From: an uncultured Clostridia bacterium
Lineage (GTDB): Bacteria; Bacillota; Clostridia; Peptostreptococcales; Anaerovoracaceae
Direction of reading: 5' to 3'
Assembly (NCBI GenBank): GCA_945876935.1
Contig: CAMCQA010000003.1
Location: 7,008 to 71,007, forward strand
Length of the DNA stretch: 64,000 nucleotides
In this document: positions 59,345 through 64,000 of the stretch, piece by piece
Layout of the letters: each line of letters starts with the position of its first letter
Numbering within the stretch: position 1 is the first letter of the stretch
Made by a program: the position numbers and the translations under genes
The notes under the pieces: model-generated
Seen by the model: only the letters and a program-made list of their open reading frames with translations
Database searches by the model: none
What the model was told of the DNA's origin: nothing

Positions 59345-61075
59345 TTACTTCTCTTTTTCAACTAGCTCTTTTGTTCTATTTATAGCTTCCTCAAAGGAAA
59401 TCTCTTCTTTTGAATCTTCCCTTCTTAACTTGAACTCAACTTTTCCTTCAACAGCACCTTTTCCTACAGTTATCTGAACTGGGATTCCAAGCAAATCTCT
59501 ATCCTTAAACTTAACCCCAACTCTTTCATCTCTATCATCAAGAATAACTTCCACACCTTTTGATAAAAGATTATTGTACAACTCTTCTGCCAGCTTCATC
59601 TGCTCTTCATCTTTTACTTTCACAACAGTTATCACTGCATGATAAGGTGCTACTGACATAGGGAAAACAATACCATTCTCATCATGATTTTGTTCAACTA
59701 CTGCTGCTAATGTTCTTGACACGCCTATTCCGTAGCATCCCATTACAACAGGTTTATCTTGCTGGTTTTCATCCTTATAGTAAGCTCCCATAGCTTCTGA
59801 ATATTTAGTTCCCAATTTAAAGACCTGACCAACTTCTATTCCTCTAGCGAGCTTTATTTCGCTTCCGCAGATTGGACATGGATCTTCTTCTGTCAAAGTC
59901 TTAATATCTACAATTAAATCTGCCTTATAGTCTCTATCAAAGTTTACATTCTTAAAGTGATAATCCTTTTCATTTGCACCAGAGCATAGATTTTTTAGCC
60001 CAACAAGCTCACTATCAACAACAACTTTGCAGTTTGTTAGTCCCATAGGTCCTGTAAATCCACCAACTGCACCTGTTGTAGCTGCAATCTTATCTTCATC
60101 AGCAAATTCGATAGAGTGTTCGTGAATACCTAGAGCATTAACTAATTTTGTTTCATTTAACTCTCTATCTCCTCTTATAAAGGCTGCAACATATTCCTTT
60201 TCATTTCCCTCGTCATCATATGTGATGAATAATAATGCTTTAATTGTATCTTTTTGCTCAATTCCTAAGAATTTTGAAACATCTTCTATAGTCTTTGTTT
60301 CCGGCGTAAAAACTTTTTCCATAGGAAGAAGTTCTTCTGATGAGTCTGAAACAGTATCCTTAACCTCAGCTCTTTCTGTTGTAGCAGCCATAGAACATGA
60401 TGTACAATGAGCTATTTCACTTTCTCCAACTTCGGATAAAGCTGTAAATTCATGACTATTGCTACCTCCAATAGCACCTGTATCAGCTTCAACTGCCCTA
60501 TAAGTAATTCCGCATCTTGTAAAAATTCTCTCGTAAGTTTCGTACATAGTTTTGTATGATTCATCAAGACCTGCTTCATCTTTATCAAAAGAGTAGGCAT
60601 CTTTCATTATGAACTCTCTAGATCTCATGAGACCAAATCTAGGTCTAGCCTCATCCCTATATTTTGTCTGAATCTGATAAAGATTGATAGGAAGCTGTCT
60701 ATATGACGTAACCTCATTTCTAACTATATCTGTAAATATTTCTTCATGAGTAGGACCTAAGCAAAACTCTCTGTTATGTCTATCATTTAATCTCCACATT
60801 TCTGGACCGTAAGCAAACCATCTTCCTGACTCTTGCCATAGTTCAGCAGGCTGAATAGCGGACATAAGAATTTCCTGCCCTCCCGATTTATCCATCTCTT
60901 CTCTTACTATATTTTCAATCTTTCTTAAAGATCTATATCCTAAAGGCATAAAACCGTACACGCCTGAAACTAGCTTTCTTATCATACCGCCTCTAAGCAG
61001 TAGAATATGACTTGGAATTTCAGCCTCATTTGGGACTTCTCTTAAAGTTTTTAAATGCATTTTTGAAAGTTTCAT
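59345..61075 (-). CDS. proS: Prolyl-tRNA synthetase (bacterial type with editing domain)
   Basis: SHILLLRGG, LGPTHEE, RDEARPRFGLMRSREF, GIEVGQVF, MGCYGIG. Confidence 0.97.
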   Translation of the reverse strand: MKLSKMHLKTLREVPNEAEIPSHILLLRGGMIRKLVSGVYGFMPLGYRSLRKIENIVREEMDKSGGQEILMSAIQPAELWQESGRWFAYGPEMWRLNDRHNREFCLGPTHEEIFTDIVRNEVTSYRQLPINLYQIQTKYRDEARPRFGLMRSREFIMKDAYSFDKDEAGLDESYKTMYETYERIFTRCGITYRAVEADTGAIGGSNSHEFTALSEVGESEIAHCTSCSMAATTERAEVKDTVSDSSEELLPMEKVFTPETKTIEDVSKFLGIEQKDTIKALLFITYDDEGNEKEYVAAFIRGDRELNETKLVNALGIHEHSIEFADEDKIAATTGAVGGFTGPMGLTNCKVVVDSELVGLKNLCSGANEKDYHFKNVNFDRDYKADLIVDIKTLTEEDPCPICGSEIKLARGIEVGQVFKLGTKYSEAMGAYYKDENQQDKPVVMGCYGIGVSRTLAAVVEQNHDENGIVFPMSVAPYHAVITVVKVKDEEQMKLAEELYNNLLSKGVEVILDDRDERVGVKFKDRDLLGIPVQITVGKGAVEGKVEFKLRREDSKEEISFEEAINRTKELVEKEK

Positions 61076-61124
61076 ATCTATCTCCTATATTTCTAAAAAT
61101 TTATCATTTTAACTGTAATTTGTT

Positions 61125-62303
61125 TTACGACTGAGGCTTAGCTGATTGTATAAGACATACGCTCTCACTGGCGATACCCTCTTCTCTTCCTGTAAAGCCT
61201 AGCTTTTCAGTTGTTGTTCCTTTAATATTGACAGAGTTTTGCGGTATGCAAAGAGCCTCCGATATATTTTCTATCATCCTATTAACGTGGGGAGAAATCT
61301 TAGGTTTTTCACAGATAACCGTAGCATCTATATTAACAATCTCCCAACCCTTTTCTCTAATTAGGCTTCCAACATGTTTGAGAAGTTCAATACTTGATAT
61401 GCCTCTATAAGCTTCATCAGAGTCTGGAAAATGTCTTCCTATATCCCCTAAGGCTGCTGCACCTAAAAGGCTGTCCATTATAGCGTGAGTAAGAACATCT
61501 CCATCACTGTGTGCGACCATGCCTTTACTATTTTCTATAAAAACTCCTCCTAAAACACAATCTAAACCTTCCTCTACTCTATGAACATCGTATCCTTTTC
61601 CAACTCTTATCATCTTCGGTAAATCTTCCTCTGTAGTAATTTTTATATTTTTGTAGCTGCCTTCAACTAAGAAAACTTTTTTCTCCATAATCTCCATAGC
61701 AGATGCATCATCTGTAAGCTCAAAGCCTTTTTTTATGGCACTGTTCAAGGATTCTAAAATATCTGACAACATAAACGTCTGAGGTGTTTGAACAGAATAT
61801 AAATTTTCTCTTGGAAGAGTCTCTTTATCAGTTCTTATAGTGTCTTTTACTTTTACGCAAGGTATGGCTGATCCACATTCCCACGTCTTATATATACATC
61901 TTTTGATAATATCTTCTGTTACATAAGGTCGTGCTCCATCATGGATAAGTACAGCTACATCTTGATCACCACAAACTTCTTTTATAGCTTCTAGTCCAAC
62001 AAGCGATGATTCGGCTCTTGTGCTTCCCCCTTCGACTACGCATAACAGTTTTCTATCTAAAACTTCATTTTTATCAAAGTAGGATGATACCAACTCGGTG
62101 TATAATTCTTTTTTTCCTTTAGGACATACTAGTGCAACCTTATCCACATCTTCACAAGAAAAAAACACTTCCAAGCTTTTGCATATAATAGGAGTTCCAT
62201 CTATAAACAGAAGCTGCTTTTCTACCTTAGCACCCATTCTCTTTCCAGAGCCTCCGGCTAAAACTAGACCTACATTTAAATTTTTATCTACTTTCCTAAA
62301 CAT
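61125..62303 (-). CDS. ispDF: Bifunctional IspD/IspF (MEP pathway)
   Basis: IspD LAGGSGKRMG, IHDGARP, QTPQ, KITTEED; IspF GYDVH, HSDGD, DIGRHF. Start 62303 overlaps the yacL stop. Confidence 0.93.
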   Translation of the reverse strand: MFRKVDKNLNVGLVLAGGSGKRMGAKVEKQLLFIDGTPIICKSLEVFFSCEDVDKVALVCPKGKKELYTELVSSYFDKNEVLDRKLLCVVEGGSTRAESSLVGLEAIKEVCGDQDVAVLIHDGARPYVTEDIIKRCIYKTWECGSAIPCVKVKDTIRTDKETLPRENLYSVQTPQTFMLSDILESLNSAIKKGFELTDDASAMEIMEKKVFLVEGSYKNIKITTEEDLPKMIRVGKGYDVHRVEEGLDCVLGGVFIENSKGMVAHSDGDVLTHAIMDSLLGAAALGDIGRHFPDSDEAYRGISSIELLKHVGSLIREKGWEIVNIDATVICEKPKISPHVNRMIENISEALCIPQNSVNIKGTTTEKLGFTGREEGIASESVCLIQSAKPQS

Positions 62304-63393
62304 ACTCTTCTTTTTCTGGTTTACCAAATATCATTCTTCCTGCAGGAGTTTGAAGAACAGTTCCAACTTTAATAGTAATATCTTTTCCTATAAATCTTCT
62401 GCCACCCTCAACTACTATCATAGTTCCATCTTCAAGATAAGCTAACGCTTGTTCTTTTTCTTTACCTTCCTTAACAGGTTTCACCTTCATAGTTTCTTCC
62501 GGAAGAACAATAGGCTTAACTGCATTAGCAAGCTCATTTATATTTAGCACCTTGATATCTTTAAGTTTTGCTACTTTATTAAGATTGAAATCATTAGTAA
62601 CAATTTCACCTTTTATAATTTGACATAATTTTAATAGCTTAATATCTACATCAGGTATTTCTTCTATAGTTTTCTCCCCAGAAGTATTATAGATTTCTAT
62701 ACTATACTTATCTTGGATTTGCTTTAGAATATCAAGCCCTCTTCTTCCCCTAACTCTCTTCAAGTCATCTGCGCTATCAGCAATATATTGAAGTTCTAAA
62801 AGAACAAATTCCGGTATGATGATATCACCCTCTAAAAATCCTGTATCCATAATTTCAAGAATTCTTCCATCTATTATGACACTGGTATCTAAAACTTTTG
62901 GACTAGTTCTCTTCTTCTCTTTCTTTCCGATAGAAACTCTTTCTAGACTTATCTGATTTAATATATCCCTGCCTCTATCGCTAAAGACGAGAACTCCCAT
63001 ATAACCAAGTACAACATATGTTATTATCGTCATAAGAGTTCCTACTATATTTATTGGAATATAGGTATATATTAAGCTCAGCAAAAATGCTATTATAAAT
63101 CCTAAAATTAAACCGAACATCCCAAAAACTAGCTTAATAGCTGAGATTTTTCTTAAATCTTGTATAATCATCTTAGCGAGCCAACGACCATGCTGGGCAA
63201 ATACAGGAATGATTCTATAAAATAAAAAACCAAAAATAATTGCAAAGAAAAAAGACATTCCTAATTCTTGACCCCTCGTAAGTTCCTCGCCTGGCCAAAA
63301 GTTGGTATCAGTCAACTTAAGTAATGCAGAAAATACAGATACGCCAACAAAAGCTCCTATAATGAACATAAGCACATTAAATATTTTATTCAT
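62296..63393 (-). CDS. yacL: PIN/TRAM domain membrane protein (YacL-like)
   Basis: N-terminal TM helices, LDTSVIIDGRI, RGRRGLD, TNDFNLNKVA, YLEDGTMIVVE, QTPAGRMIF. Confidence 0.92.
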   Translation of the reverse strand: MNKIFNVLMFIIGAFVGVSVFSALLKLTDTNFWPGEELTRGQELGMSFFFAIIFGFLFYRIIPVFAQHGRWLAKMIIQDLRKISAIKLVFGMFGLILGFIIAFLLSLIYTYIPINIVGTLMTIITYVVLGYMGVLVFSDRGRDILNQISLERVSIGKKEKKRTSPKVLDTSVIIDGRILEIMDTGFLEGDIIIPEFVLLELQYIADSADDLKRVRGRRGLDILKQIQDKYSIEIYNTSGEKTIEEIPDVDIKLLKLCQIIKGEIVTNDFNLNKVAKLKDIKVLNINELANAVKPIVLPEETMKVKPVKEGKEKEQALAYLEDGTMIVVEGGRRFIGKDITIKVGTVLQTPAGRMIFGKPEKEEYV

Positions 63394-63498
63394 TTTCTAA
63401 TCCTCCTTTCTAAATTTTTCGTACCTTTAATTTTAACATATTAAGCTTATTCTATCAACGAGTTAAAGTGTTGTATTCTACTAAAAAAAGAAGTGATA

Positions 63499-63972
63499 TT
63501 ACATCACTTCATAAATTCTTTCTTTTGCTTTTTCAAAGTTTATTTCCAACACCAAGCTAATTTCGCTAGCCATAATATCCACAGCCTTCTTTAGCATCTT
63601 TTTTTCACCACTAGCTAAAGGGTGTTGCAAGTTAGCTAAGTATAAATTTCTAATAATATCAGCCATTATTAACAATGATCCAGATTCAAGTCTCTTATTG
63701 TTCTCCTTTATTCTTTTGCTCCAGCTTTTCTCCATAGGAGTAGCTTCTGATGAAAGAACATCAATAGCTTCATTTATTTGGCTACATGTGGCAATAGGCC
63801 TTATTTTACATCCCTCATCATTTATAACCGGTATGAGAACAGTCATCTTGTCGTGACTTAAATTAACAACATAATAAAAGCTGGTCTTGTCTAAGACAGA
63901 TACTTGCCTTATTTCTTCTATAACACCAGCCCCACACATAGGTATAGCAATCTTATCTCCAATACTGTACAC
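63499..63972 (-). CDS. carD: CarD/CdnL family transcriptional regulator
   Basis: YSIGDKI..P..GAGVI, WSKR, GEKKML; conserved carD-yacL-ispD order. Confidence 0.88.
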   Translation of the reverse strand: MYSIGDKIAIPMCGAGVIEEIRQVSVLDKTSFYYVVNLSHDKMTVLIPVINDEGCKIRPIATCSQINEAIDVLSSEATPMEKSWSKRIKENNKRLESGSLLIMADIIRNLYLANLQHPLASGEKKMLKKAVDIMASEISLVLEINFEKAKERIYEVM

Positions 63973-64000
63973 AAGACCCTCCTTAAACTAACCAACATGA

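Noticed and set aside
61076-61124. T-box leader for proS
   Set aside because: The intergenic gap is only 49 bp and has no T-box motif; proS appears co-transcribed with ispDF.

Overview
Low-GC Clostridia-type chromosome, mostly housekeeping genes, with about 57 CDS all on the minus strand except rqcH/fbpA. Window order: truncated lipoprotein, M50 protease, cls, recR, ybaB, dnaX, SRP RNA; AIR-synthase-like gene, ligA, pcrA; minD, PBP2, mreDCB, radC; DUF1015, cmk, nrdR, rnr, secG, eno, tpiA, pgk, gap; trmL and divergent rqcH; flavodiiron protein plus an acyl-CoA dehydrogenase/ETF-alpha/rubredoxin fusion; two sortase-type surface proteins (348 aa and about 1970 aa with 276-bp tandem repeats); pduL, hpt, DUF1232, engB, lon, clpX, clpP, tig, CYTH; rlmL-like gene, asparaginase; thiD, thiE, thiM, thiW; mbl; cysK, cyclophilin, two ChrA-like half transporters, TRIC protein, proS, ispDF, yacL, carD. 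No transposase, integrase, CRISPR array, rRNA or tRNA was recognised. The most notable signals are non-coding. (1) Downstream of a canonical TPP riboswitch in the thiW leader lies a second structured switch that reuses the TPP pyrimidine-sensor half (UGAGAGG-P3a-GACC) but lacks the pyrophosphate-sensor arm and has its own antiterminator-like pairing. (2) A cobalamin riboswitch has a consensus promoter and attenuator but no downstream gene. (3) The glycolytic-operon GAPDH carries NADP-type substitutions at all classical coenzyme-specificity positions. All calls come from motif reading by eye; no database search or folding program was run.
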